A DNA stretch of 64,000 nucleotides, taken from Fidelibacterota bacterium. Lineage in GTDB: Bacteria > Fidelibacterota > Marinisomatia > Marinisomatales > S15-B10. Under the pieces are notes generated by a model. It did no database searches, was not told where the DNA came from, and saw only the letters and a list, made by a program, of their open reading frames with translations. The stretch is taken from positions 4,681 to 68,680 of the forward strand of contig JAYZCL010000025.1 of NCBI GenBank assembly GCA_036338335.1. The letters are read 5' to 3'. Positions 19,726 to 29,402 of the stretch are shown in pieces (position 1 is the stretch's first letter; each line of letters opens with the position of its first letter). A program made the position numbers and the translations under genes.

Positions 19726-21372
19726 ATGAACAAGCATAGGATAAATTTTTCTTGTCGGAAAATGTATCTCATCCCTGATAGAATCATCCCTTTATGGCTC
19801 AGCATGGGATTGGCTTTCTGTTTGACAGCTTGTTCAGTCAAGCCGGTAGCTGAACCAGAAGAGACCACTACCACTGCCCAAAGCGAGGAAGTTGAAGAGG
19901 TCAATACGAAGGCGCTTCAGCATTTCATGGACGGTGAAATGTTTCTCTCTCAGGGAAACTTTCCCATGGCCGTCATAGAATTCCAGGATGCTCTCCGGTA
20001 CGATCCCGGCTCCTCAAGTATTCATACTTCTCTGGCCGAAGTCTATGTTCGATTACGAAAACTTGACCGAGCCGAAGAATCGTTGATGGAGGCGCTTCGG
20101 CTGGATCGGTCCAATGTAGAGGCGCGTGAATTGCTGGCCCAGCAGTATCTAATGCGAAATCAGATCGACAAGGGGTTGGAGCAGTATCAGATTCTCGAAG
20201 AGGATCACCCCGGACAGCGTCAGTACGGTTATATCGTGGGGGAGATTTTATCAAGGAAAGGCGATCTTGAAGCAGCGCAGAAGAAGCTGTGGTCGGTTTA
20301 CGAGAAGAACAATTTAGAGCTCCAGGCTTTGATGCGGGCCGCAGAGATCTCGCGTCAGCGTAAAGATCTCGAATTTTCCTGGCAGGCTTACTCCATCCTC
20401 ACGAAAGAGAAACCGGAAAATATCCAGTATTGGAAAGCTTACAGCGAACTGGCTGTGATGCTCCAGAAGTTTGATCATGCGGTCAATGGCCTGAATCGAC
20501 TGGCCGCACTCACCAGTGACGATCCCGCCGTGCAGGAGCGACTAGCGATCCTCTTTTTTGAAAACAATGAAATAGAGTCTGCTGATTCGCTTTTTTCCGT
20601 TTTGTACGCGGAAGGGACTCGAACACCGGGAATACTTTATTATCTCGGGCGCATTGCCATTGGGGAGAGTGATTACTCTCGCCTCACTCAGCTCGCAACC
20701 GAGCAAGTGGACTTTTTTCCTGAGGAAGTATCCGGCTATACTAATCTCGCCGTGGGTTACATCAATCTGGATAACCTACTCGACGCTATTGCTATCTTAT
20801 TGAAAGCGAGAGATAAGTTTCCGCAGAACTTTGGTGTGAACTACCTCCTCGGAAGTACGTACAGCATGGAGAAGAAATACGAGCTTGCCAAGAAAAGCCT
20901 TCGAGCCGCCCTCACTATTGATCCCAGGTCACGTTCCACAAAACATCTCCTGGCTACCGTCTTTAACTATCTTGAAGAGTGGACTGACTCCGATGAGATG
21001 TACGAGGAATTGATCTCCTCTGATCAGAATGACGGTCAGGCCCTTAACAACTACAGCTATACTCTTGCGGAAAGGGGTATAAAGCTGTCCAGTGCTCTGG
21101 ATATGGCACAGAAAGCAGTGAACCTCGAGCCTGAAAATCCGGCCTATCTCGATACTATTGGATGGATCTACTATAAGCTCAACAAATACGAGAAAGCTTT
21201 GGGTTACATTGAACAATCAGTCTCAAGGAACTCCGAAAATCCTGTCGTTCTCGAACATCTCGGTGACGTTTTGATGAAAGTAGAACGTCCTGAGGACGCA
21301 CGTGTTTATTACAGGAAAGCGCTTGAAATCGATGCGGACAACGTCCGGCTCCAAGAGAGACTAAAAGAGTAA
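19726..21372 (+). CDS. TPR-repeat lipoprotein
   Basis: Lipobox-like FCLTAC, then about 10 TPR-like repeats (AL..DP....A...LA..Y pattern). Confidence 0.8.
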   Translation: MNKHRINFSCRKMYLIPDRIIPLWLSMGLAFCLTACSVKPVAEPEETTTTAQSEEVEEVNTKALQHFMDGEMFLSQGNFPMAVIEFQDALRYDPGSSSIHTSLAEVYVRLRKLDRAEESLMEALRLDRSNVEARELLAQQYLMRNQIDKGLEQYQILEEDHPGQRQYGYIVGEILSRKGDLEAAQKKLWSVYEKNNLELQALMRAAEISRQRKDLEFSWQAYSILTKEKPENIQYWKAYSELAVMLQKFDHAVNGLNRLAALTSDDPAVQERLAILFFENNEIESADSLFSVLYAEGTRTPGILYYLGRIAIGESDYSRLTQLATEQVDFFPEEVSGYTNLAVGYINLDNLLDAIAILLKARDKFPQNFGVNYLLGSTYSMEKKYELAKKSLRAALTIDPRSRSTKHLLATVFNYLEEWTDSDEMYEELISSDQNDGQALNNYSYTLAERGIKLSSALDMAQKAVNLEPENPAYLDTIGWIYYKLNKYEKALGYIEQSVSRNSENPVVLEHLGDVLMKVERPEDARVYYRKALEIDADNVRLQERLKE

Positions 21373-21378
21373 TCCGTC

Positions 21379-22329
21379 TTGGTTGATAATTCTAGCCTCT
21401 CCATAGTTATACCCGTTTTCAATGAGAGGGAATCGATTCCGCTCTTGTTGGACGAGATTCATTCAGCCGTTTCCGGCTACGAGTATGAAATCGTTTGCAT
21501 CGATGATGGAAGCAGTGATGGAACATCTGAGTATCTGCAGGAACGGAGCCGAGATGACAGAAGACTTCGTCTGATCCAATTCCTCCGGAATTACGGCAAA
21601 TCGGCGGCCCTCGCCGAGGGTTTCAAACACGCCTCCTCAGATTTTGTCGTGACTCTCGATTCCGACCTTCAAGATGATCCAAACGAGATACCGCGACTGG
21701 TGAAAAAGCTTGAGGAGGGGTTTGATCTCGTATCAGGTTGGAAGAAAGAACGACACGACCCGCTCTCCAAGCGGCTGCCTTCAAAGTTCTTTAATTTCGT
21801 CACGCGACTCTTAACGGGCATTCGGATTCACGATTTCAATTGCGGATTGAAGGGCTACAGGCGTCGTGTAGTCAAGTTGCTGGACCTCTACGGCGGAATG
21901 CACCGCTACATTCCCGTTATTGCAGGGAAGAAAGGCTTTAGTGTTACGGAGTTGGTGGTGAACCATCGTCCCCGTCAGTTTGGTGAAAGCAAGTTTGGAA
22001 AGGAGCGTTACTTTCGAGGGTTATTCGATCTCTTGACCGTGCTCTTCCTGAATCGATATACCCGACAGCCGTTGCACCTTTTTGGTCTGTTCGGACTAAT
22101 CAGTCTCTTCATAGGAATTGGTGTGGAAGTCCGGGTTCTCTATTTGAAATACGGCCTCAGTGAGCCGTTTTCAAACCATATTGCGCTCCTTGTCTTCGGT
22201 GTGATGCTTGTCATTCTCGGGGTGCAGTTTATTTCCATCGGCTTGTTGGGAGAAATGATTGCTCAAGCCACTTACAGGACGCAAGAAACAGCGCGGGAAG
22301 TCGTCCTGTATGATAGTTCATCTTCTTGA
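21379..22329 (+). CDS. GT2 polyprenyl-phosphate glycosyltransferase (GtrB/CsbB/DPM1-like)
   Basis: LSIVIPVFNE, IDDGSSDGT, LDSDLQDDP. Two C-terminal TM helices, typical of the GtrB/CsbB type. Confidence 0.85.
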   Translation: MVDNSSLSIVIPVFNERESIPLLLDEIHSAVSGYEYEIVCIDDGSSDGTSEYLQERSRDDRRLRLIQFLRNYGKSAALAEGFKHASSDFVVTLDSDLQDDPNEIPRLVKKLEEGFDLVSGWKKERHDPLSKRLPSKFFNFVTRLLTGIRIHDFNCGLKGYRRRVVKLLDLYGGMHRYIPVIAGKKGFSVTELVVNHRPRQFGESKFGKERYFRGLFDLLTVLFLNRYTRQPLHLFGLFGLISLFIGIGVEVRVLYLKYGLSEPFSNHIALLVFGVMLVILGVQFISIGLLGEMIAQATYRTQETAREVVLYDSSSS

Positions 22330-22341
22330 GGCTCCGGCGCC

Positions 22342-23382
22342 ATCTCTTCTACGATCACTTCCGACGATCTGTTCATCAGCGTCATCACGCCCACGTATAA
22401 TCGAGCGGCCGAGATCGGACATCTGATCGATTCAATGGCGTTGCAGACGATCGGTCCAGATCGCTTTGAAATGATCATTGTTGATGATGGTTCAACAGAT
22501 TCTACTGTTGAAATAATTGAAGATAAACAACAAGATCTAAATCTAAACATTAAGTGTCTCAACCAGATGAATTCTGGTCCTGGTGCTGCTCGTAATTGGG
22601 GAATAGAGGCGGCCAAGGGAGAACTCCTCACGTTTATTGACTCGGACTGTGAGGCCGATCCTCTATGGCTGGAGACGATTACCCGTGCCTATCAGAATCA
22701 ACGGTTCGACGCCTTCGGTGGTCCTGACTCTTCTAAGCGAGATTTCAGCTTGTTGCAACGGGCCATCGATTTCAGCATGACTTCCTTCCTTACTACTGGC
22801 GGTTTCAGGGGACACAGCGATCGACCACTCGCGAAATTCTATCCCCGGAGTCACAACATGGGAATGACTCGAGAACTGTACAATCAAGTTGGCGGATTCG
22901 GTTCACTCAGGCACGGACAGGATATTGAATTAAGTCATCGAATACATCGGAGCGGTGCTAAAGTCGTAAATCTGAAAGAGGCGATCGTTTACCACAGGCG
23001 CCGCACCACGCTCCTCGGCTTTTTCAGACAGGTGTTCAATTGGGGGGTGGCGAGAATTAATCTCGGGATGATCGACCATGCAATGCTTGAACCTCTTCAT
23101 TTTGTACCGGCGATCGTGACTGTCACCACGGTGGTGCTAACCGCAGGATTCCTGATCGATCCGATTGAGTACGGTTCATTCTTCCAACTCGGATTTGGCT
23201 TCCTGATATTTGTTTCCGGTGTTGGGGCTTGTCAGGTGAGGAGTGTCAGAGCATTTTTTATTCTGCTCATCGTCATTCCCGTTCAACTTATGGGTTATGG
23301 TAGTGGTTTTATGCTTGCGTATATACGCCGATTTATTTTCCGCCGTGATGAGTGGACCGGTTTTCGAAAACGATACTACTGA
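22342..23382 (+). CDS. glycosyltransferase family 2 with C-terminal TM segments; start uncertain
   Basis: The first canonical start is ATG 22435, but the GT-A beta1 motif ISVITPTYNR is encoded upstream at 22375-22404. The frame opens directly after the TGA of the previous gene and has no ATG/GTG/TTG. The ATC at 22342 is a placeholder. Other motifs: IIVDDGSTD, DSDC. Confidence 0.6.
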   Translation: MSSTITSDDLFISVITPTYNRAAEIGHLIDSMALQTIGPDRFEMIIVDDGSTDSTVEIIEDKQQDLNLNIKCLNQMNSGPGAARNWGIEAAKGELLTFIDSDCEADPLWLETITRAYQNQRFDAFGGPDSSKRDFSLLQRAIDFSMTSFLTTGGFRGHSDRPLAKFYPRSHNMGMTRELYNQVGGFGSLRHGQDIELSHRIHRSGAKVVNLKEAIVYHRRRTTLLGFFRQVFNWGVARINLGMIDHAMLEPLHFVPAIVTVTTVVLTAGFLIDPIEYGSFFQLGFGFLIFVSGVGACQVRSVRAFFILLIVIPVQLMGYGSGFMLAYIRRFIFRRDEWTGFRKRYY

Positions 23383-23385
23383 CGG

Positions 23386-24231
23386 ATGAACAAATCAGCT
23401 AAAATATCACACCTAACCGTACTCAGGAGAGAGGAGGGGAGAACTGTTCCCAAATCGACTGAGGAGATCGATGCACGAAGCATGCGAGCTTTTCGAGAAC
23501 AGGCCTGGTATGGCGAACACGTTCTTGCCAAGTTTCTCGGCTTCGATAACTATACAGGTAAGAAGATATTGGAAGTAGGGCCGGCTGAGGCGGGCCTACT
23601 TCAGTATTTCCGCTCCCGCGAAGCCTCTTGTACGGGCATCGAACTTTCGCCCTTGCGTTTCGCTCATTCGCAAATGCTCAACGACAATTCTAATATCAAA
23701 CTGGTGGCTGGTGATATCTGTGACCCTGTTTCCTACAATAACGCCTTCTTCGGCACATTTGACGTTATTGTAATTCGTGATGTGATCGAGCATATTGATG
23801 ATAAGACTTCGGCGCTTGAGAATATGCAGTCGCTTCTTTCCAAGGACGGCAAACAGTTTATCTCTTTTCCCCCACGCCATTGTCCTTTCGCCGGCCATCA
23901 GCAGACAGTCAAGAATCCCTTATGCAAGATTCCTTATCTGCACCTCTTGCCAAATAGTCTTTACGTTGCATATCTCCGGTTGATGGGGCACCCTTCCTCA
24001 GGAATTGAATACCTTCTTGCCACCAAGCGGACAAGAATCTCCGTTAAAAAGATGGAGCGTCTTTTCGACATAACCGGGTTCGAACTGGAAAAAAGGGGAC
24101 TTTACTTCTTTCGTCCGGCATACAAGTTTCGGTTCCGTCTTCCGACACTAAGAAATCCGCTGGCCTGGCTTCCCGGTTTTCGGGAGGTTTTTTCCAACGG
24201 TGCGCTCTACGTTCTCAAGCGGAGGAGCTAG
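23386..24231 (+). CDS. class I SAM-dependent methyltransferase
   Basis: Motif I-like ILEVGPAEAG, then GIELSP and IVIRDVIEHI. Confidence 0.8.
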   Translation: MNKSAKISHLTVLRREEGRTVPKSTEEIDARSMRAFREQAWYGEHVLAKFLGFDNYTGKKILEVGPAEAGLLQYFRSREASCTGIELSPLRFAHSQMLNDNSNIKLVAGDICDPVSYNNAFFGTFDVIVIRDVIEHIDDKTSALENMQSLLSKDGKQFISFPPRHCPFAGHQQTVKNPLCKIPYLHLLPNSLYVAYLRLMGHPSSGIEYLLATKRTRISVKKMERLFDITGFELEKRGLYFFRPAYKFRFRLPTLRNPLAWLPGFREVFSNGALYVLKRRS

Positions 24232-24233
24232 GC

Positions 24234-24977
24234 ATGATTGTCATCGTTGTCGGGATGCACAGGAGCGGTACTTCCACGGTGTCTGGGATACTTCACTTGA
24301 ACGGGATTTCAATGGGATCTGATAAGAATTTCAAACCGAAGCCGCTTCCGCAAAATCCAAAAGGATTCTATGAAAACTACGATTTCAGGAAACTGAGCGA
24401 CAAAATACTTGCCCATTCGGGGTATGAGGTGAAGTCGTTTGATCCTGCAATTCCTGAGGAGGTCGCCGTAGGAAAATATGCTCGAAAAATGGAGAGGCTC
24501 ATTGACACCTGTGAATATAACAGCCGGAATTGGGGATGGAAAGACCCGAGGGTTTGCCTTACTCTGCACTGTTGGCTCGACGTGCTGGAGAGCATGGCGC
24601 TCCTTGATGAGACAAGAATTGTCTCTATTTCAAGAAGCGCTGCTTCCGTAGCCCACTCTCTCAACAAACGCAACAGGCTTTCAACAGAAGACGGTTTCAG
24701 TTTGTGGTGTGCATACAACAGAAGAGCTCTTGACACGCTGCAGTCGAGAACAGTTCGTACTTTCCATTTCTCCTATGAGAGACTTTTGGCTGAGTCAGAA
24801 CCGGTCTGCCGAAAACTATTTCAATTTCTGGAAGCGGATTTGGATCCATCTGTGATAACTACATTCATAGATCCTGACCTCAACCGTAGCGGCCGACGGG
24901 ATGACAAAAAGCTCAATGGGGAAGCGGTGGAAATCTCTGGCCTGCTGAGTACTCTCGAGGCGGAATCGCTAGCGTGA
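24234..24977 (+). CDS. sulfotransferase-family protein
   Basis: N-terminal IVIVVGMHRSGTSTVSGIL (5'-PSB-like loop) and ISRSAASVAHS (3'-PB-like). 247 aa. Confidence 0.7.
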   Translation: MIVIVVGMHRSGTSTVSGILHLNGISMGSDKNFKPKPLPQNPKGFYENYDFRKLSDKILAHSGYEVKSFDPAIPEEVAVGKYARKMERLIDTCEYNSRNWGWKDPRVCLTLHCWLDVLESMALLDETRIVSISRSAASVAHSLNKRNRLSTEDGFSLWCAYNRRALDTLQSRTVRTFHFSYERLLAESEPVCRKLFQFLEADLDPSVITTFIDPDLNRSGRRDDKKLNGEAVEISGLLSTLEAESLA

Positions 24978-25867
24978 TGGAGGAAGGGAGCATCACAGTC
25001 GTCTCGGTAAATTGGTATTCGTCCGAACACTTGGGAAGGCTCACAGAGAATCTGCTTGAAAAGGCAGAAAATCCGGAAAATATCAGATTCCTCATCATAG
25101 ACAATTCCGCCGGCGAGGACAGCGAGCTTGCCGGCGTATTTAACGATTTTGCTTCCGTGCAAATTCAATCCCATGATCCCAAGCACAGTCAACGTTCCAT
25201 TGCCCACGCCTCAGCACTCGACAGAGCTTTTGCTCAAGTTGAGTCTGAATTCGTCCTTGCTATCGATCCTGATGTCCATGTTTTCCTGGACGGTTGGGAC
25301 AGTTTCTGCGTGAGCGAAACTCAGTCAGGGAAGGTTGCTGTTGGAGCCCCTTACCCAAAATGGAAACTGGGAAAGATGCATGACTCACCGAGTGTGGTTT
25401 TCTTCTTCGGAAGGACCGAGTGGTTCAAGAGCGTCAGTGGCGGGTGGTATCCCTTTCCTTCATCGCTCCGTTGGGGGTGGAACTTCGTAGTTCGAAAGAT
25501 TGTCCGACTTTTCGGATTCGCTACAAGGCGCCGGCTCGAAATGAGCGGTTTGATCCGCGGTCTCACAGGTTGGCTCGAGGGAATTACTGGAGTAACCTCG
25601 CCCGACACCGGTTGGAGATTCTCGAAAGCGGCTATTGAATCGGGAGCCCAGTCGACAGTCTTTGAGGCAGATTTCGAGAAAAAGGGTGAGTTAAAAAATG
25701 ACGAATTATCACGTCTGGCTCTCAATTTTGAACTCTTCTCTCATAGTGGTAAACCGTTTCTTACCCATATGTATTCATCAGGAATCGCATACTATCGGAC
25801 GAATGAAAGCGGCAATCTAACTGCATGGCTTTCCGCCATCAGCGAAGTAGAAGGGGGGCTCGCATGA
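24974..25867 (+). CDS. glycosyltransferase family 2-like protein
   Basis: ITVVSVNWYSSEHL, FLIIDNSAGEDS, LAIDPDV. Start overlaps the upstream stop (GTGATG). Confidence 0.65.
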   Translation: MMEEGSITVVSVNWYSSEHLGRLTENLLEKAENPENIRFLIIDNSAGEDSELAGVFNDFASVQIQSHDPKHSQRSIAHASALDRAFAQVESEFVLAIDPDVHVFLDGWDSFCVSETQSGKVAVGAPYPKWKLGKMHDSPSVVFFFGRTEWFKSVSGGWYPFPSSLRWGWNFVVRKIVRLFGFATRRRLEMSGLIRGLTGWLEGITGVTSPDTGWRFSKAAIESGAQSTVFEADFEKKGELKNDELSRLALNFELFSHSGKPFLTHMYSSGIAYYRTNESGNLTAWLSAISEVEGGLA

Positions 25868-28218
25868 GGATGAATCGGTGGTTAGCGTCCTTTCTGATGG
25901 CGGCGGTCAGTTTCATATTCCTGCGGGAGATGATCCTTGATGGTAAGATTCCTGAATCTGCTGACATTTTTCATCGAATGCCTCTGGATCGTTGGGTAGA
26001 GCAGTACGAATCAAACAACGATGATATGCCGCAATGGTATCCTCATCTTTTCGGCGGTATGCCTTCGTATGGCGGATTTATCCATGCGCCCGCTGACCCC
26101 TTAAGAAAGGTCTTTGACGCGCTGGATTTTAACTTGGGGATACGATACTGGCTTCATTTCATTATTGCCGGAGTTGGAATGTACTATTACCTCAGAAGGA
26201 GAGACTTAGGCGAGGTACCGGCGCTTTTCGGAGGTATGTCCTTTTCGCTATCGCCCTATATGTTCGGGCTTATCAACGCCGGCCATCCAGCCAAAATGTA
26301 TGCTATCGCATTTATTCCTCTGGTAGTTCTATTTGCAGAAAAAGTACTGAGGGATCGCACTATTCGGGCTGCTTTGGGGCTGGCACTCTGTACGGCGTTT
26401 CAACTGTGGACCAAGCACGTTCAAATCGTTTATTACACTTGGATGTTGATTGTATTTTTCTGGCTCTGGCAGGAAGGGAGGGCAGTTCGGTTCAGAGTAT
26501 TCAACTGGAAGGTGTCCGGCGGCAGGTTGACCCTTCTTCTCAGCGCCATCCTTCTCAGCGGAATCCTCGTGGCTGATCCATACCTGCCTATATATGAGTT
26601 TCAGGGACACTCCACACGGGGAGCTTCCTCGTCCCTCGATTCGGCAGAAGACGCGAGAAAAGGGACTAGCTGGGACTACGCCACTCAGTGGTCCTTCCAC
26701 CCCAGGGAGACCATTTCCCTCTTGTATCCCTACTTTTTTGGTCTGAAGTCACAAGCCTATTGGGGATATATGCCTTTCACACAATCGACACACTACATGG
26801 GTCTTGTTGTTCTTGTCTTGGCAGTGATCGGGTTTCTGATCGGGAAACCAAACGGTTACAAGATTTCGATCGCCCTTGCTTCCGCGATCATTCTGATCAT
26901 TGGTTTTGGTGAACATTTTCCACTACTCTACTGGCCGATTTTTGAGCTCGCGCCTATGTTCGGCCGGTTTCGCGTACCTTCCATGATTTATGTCCTGCTC
27001 CCGTTCACCTGTTCAATTCTCGCTTCTAATGCGCTTAACGATCTTTTTGCGGCAATGGAGACCTCTCTTTCCGAAAATGTTCGGAAGAGAATCATCGCGG
27101 CACTTGGCATAATAGTCGGCTTCTCGCTATTGTTTTTTCTCTTTGGACCAGAATTGCTCTCATTCTCCAAACAGGGCGAATCGGTACGGTTTCAACCGGC
27201 GGTCATAGGACAGCTCAGAGATATGAGAATTAATCTTTTCAGAGAGGGGGCGCTGTTAGCCCTCTTGCTTTCCTCAACCGTACTCGTCGTGGTCTGGCTT
27301 TCCCTAAGAAAAAGAATCACGGGATATGTAATGGGTTTGGTTCTTGTGGTGCTTACACTTGTTGATTTGTGGATTGTGAACAATGAGTTCATTCACCTCA
27401 AGCCTGAAAGAGCAGTCCGCTCGGGCTATCGGACCACGGATGCAGTGAAGTACCTGAATGCGAACCTCGGGCTCCACAGGATTATGCCGGTGGAACAGTT
27501 CGGAACCAATTGGTATGCCTATTTTGGTCATTCTATTGTGGGCGGTTATCGACCGGTCAAACTGAGAAGTTACCAAGATCTTCTGGATGCACAGGCGCTG
27601 AACAGCGGTGCTGTCCAGGACATGTTGAATGTCAAGTACATCATCACGAATAGGTCTATGCAGGACGACCGATTCCGGCTTGTATTTAAGGGCAGCACCA
27701 ACGTGTACGAAAACAGATATGTTCTTCCTAAAGCGTGGTTTGTTGAGAATTCCGTCTCGGTCGAAGATATGGCCTCATCTCTGGATGCGATCCTTAATCC
27801 TGATTTTGATCCTCGAAAGACAGCTGTTGTTCAGAACTTTGATGGACAAGACAAACTGTCAACGGGCTCGGTTGAGGTGACTGAGTACTCAGAGAACAGC
27901 ATTTCTCTGAAGACGAAAACTGGTGGTGGGGGATTATTGGTGTTATCAGAGAACTACTATGGCCCCGGTTGGAAAGCGGCGGTAGATGGAGTGGAAACCG
28001 ATATCTTCAGGACGAATCACGTACTCAGAGGCATTCGTGTGCCTGGAGGGAATCACACTATAGTGTTCTCAGTGGATGATTCAACCTATAGAAAAGCACG
28101 GGTCATCTCTCTTTTTGGGATAATCTTGACTCTCACTACTTTCACTGCCCTCTACAGATCGAATCTCGCACAATTCGCGAACAGCTTTTTCTTACGGTTA
28201 AAAGAGCGCATTGGTTGA
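25864..28218 (+). CDS. YfhO-family polytopic membrane glycosyltransferase (GT-C type)
   Basis: More than 10 TM segments. N-terminal MPQWYPHLFGGMP and C-terminal SENYYGPGWKAAVDG...GNHTIVF, as in the YfhO family. ATG 25864 overlaps the upstream stop (ATGA). Confidence 0.85.
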   Translation: MRMNRWLASFLMAAVSFIFLREMILDGKIPESADIFHRMPLDRWVEQYESNNDDMPQWYPHLFGGMPSYGGFIHAPADPLRKVFDALDFNLGIRYWLHFIIAGVGMYYYLRRRDLGEVPALFGGMSFSLSPYMFGLINAGHPAKMYAIAFIPLVVLFAEKVLRDRTIRAALGLALCTAFQLWTKHVQIVYYTWMLIVFFWLWQEGRAVRFRVFNWKVSGGRLTLLLSAILLSGILVADPYLPIYEFQGHSTRGASSSLDSAEDARKGTSWDYATQWSFHPRETISLLYPYFFGLKSQAYWGYMPFTQSTHYMGLVVLVLAVIGFLIGKPNGYKISIALASAIILIIGFGEHFPLLYWPIFELAPMFGRFRVPSMIYVLLPFTCSILASNALNDLFAAMETSLSENVRKRIIAALGIIVGFSLLFFLFGPELLSFSKQGESVRFQPAVIGQLRDMRINLFREGALLALLLSSTVLVVVWLSLRKRITGYVMGLVLVVLTLVDLWIVNNEFIHLKPERAVRSGYRTTDAVKYLNANLGLHRIMPVEQFGTNWYAYFGHSIVGGYRPVKLRSYQDLLDAQALNSGAVQDMLNVKYIITNRSMQDDRFRLVFKGSTNVYENRYVLPKAWFVENSVSVEDMASSLDAILNPDFDPRKTAVVQNFDGQDKLSTGSVEVTEYSENSISLKTKTGGGGLLVLSENYYGPGWKAAVDGVETDIFRTNHVLRGIRVPGGNHTIVFSVDDSTYRKARVISLFGIILTLTTFTALYRSNLAQFANSFFLRLKERIG

Positions 28219-28265
28219 TGATCTGGAAATTGTAATTTCCCCGCCGTTACAGCAATGATTCAAAC

Positions 28266-29402
28266 ATGAATAACCCGCACGGTGACATATTAATCGACCT
28301 CAGTAAGGACACCCCTGAAGATTTCGACACGGAGGTACCTGGGATCACACTCTCCCGAAGAAGCGAAGCTGATCTTGAGATGCTCGCCACCGGCGCCATG
28401 AGCCCTCTCAGAGGTTTCATGGGGCAGGAGGAATACCTGTCCGTGCTGAATGATATGCGGCTCTCAAGCGGCCTAGTCTGGCCGTTGCCCATCGTCCTCC
28501 CGCTGAGTGATAGTGAAGCGGATAAAGTGAGGTCGGCTGATGAGGCAACATTGCAAGACGGTGATGGAAGAACGCTGGGAAAAATCACTATTTCAAACAT
28601 TTATGAGGCTCAGAAAGAAAAAGAAGCGGAAGCAGTTTTTCAGACTACCGATAGCGTTCATCCGGGCGTGGCGGCATTACAGAATAGCGGAAACTGGTAT
28701 TTAGAGGGTGAAATTGAGGTGTATCAGCTGCCCCATTATCTCCAGTTTGGCGAATACCGTCAGTCCCCGTCGAAACTGAGGAAAACATTTAATGAAAAAG
28801 GATGGAAGACGGTTGTCGGTTTTCAAACAAGGAATCCGATCCATAGAGCCCACGAATATTTGACGAAATGCGCACTGGAATTCGTGGACGGCCTCTTGAT
28901 TCACCCCATAGTCGGCGAAACAAAAGGAGACGACATTCCGGCGGAGATCAGGATGGAGTGCTATGAAGCGATCATAGATTATTATTATCCTCACCATCAC
29001 ACGGTTCTGTCCGTCTATCCAGCCTTTATGCGATATGCCGGCCCGAGGGAGGCGGTATTCCACGCTATCACACGAAAGAATTACGGATGTACCCATTTTA
29101 TTGTTGGGCGGGATCACGCCGGTGTCGGTGATTACTACGGCAGCTACGATGCTCAGCGTATTTTCGATAAGTTCTCAAGTGAAGAACTCGGAATTCAGCC
29201 GCTCTTTTTTGAACATTCATTTTTTTGTCAAAGAACTCTCTCCATGGCGACAGCGAAGACGTCCCGCGCGATGGACCACGAGAAAATCTTTCTAAGCGGT
29301 TCCAAGGTTCGCGAAATGCTTGCGAAGGGACAACCACTCCCAGAGGAGTTCACCCGACCAGAAGTTGAAGAAGTTTTGAGGAGACATTTCCAAAATGGTT
29401 AG
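28266..29402 (+). CDS. sat: sulfate adenylyltransferase (ATP sulfurylase)
   Basis: FQTRNPIHRAHEYL and VGRDHAGVG motifs. Confidence 0.92.
   Translation: MNNPHGDILIDLSKDTPEDFDTEVPGITLSRRSEADLEMLATGAMSPLRGFMGQEEYLSVLNDMRLSSGLVWPLPIVLPLSDSEADKVRSADEATLQDGDGRTLGKITISNIYEAQKEKEAEAVFQTTDSVHPGVAALQNSGNWYLEGEIEVYQLPHYLQFGEYRQSPSKLRKTFNEKGWKTVVGFQTRNPIHRAHEYLTKCALEFVDGLLIHPIVGETKGDDIPAEIRMECYEAIIDYYYPHHHTVLSVYPAFMRYAGPREAVFHAITRKNYGCTHFIVGRDHAGVGDYYGSYDAQRIFDKFSSEELGIQPLFFEHSFFCQRTLSMATAKTSRAMDHEKIFLSGSKVREMLAKGQPLPEEFTRPEVEEVLRRHFQNG

Noticed and set aside
22327-22329. Genome-wide reassignment of TGA (to Gly or Trp) to explain the in-frame TGA between the two GT2 genes.
   Set aside because: Several well-recognised genes here end at TGA at the expected length (accD, uppP, putP, tsaE, ABC-2 permease). 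TGA is therefore a normal stop in this genome.
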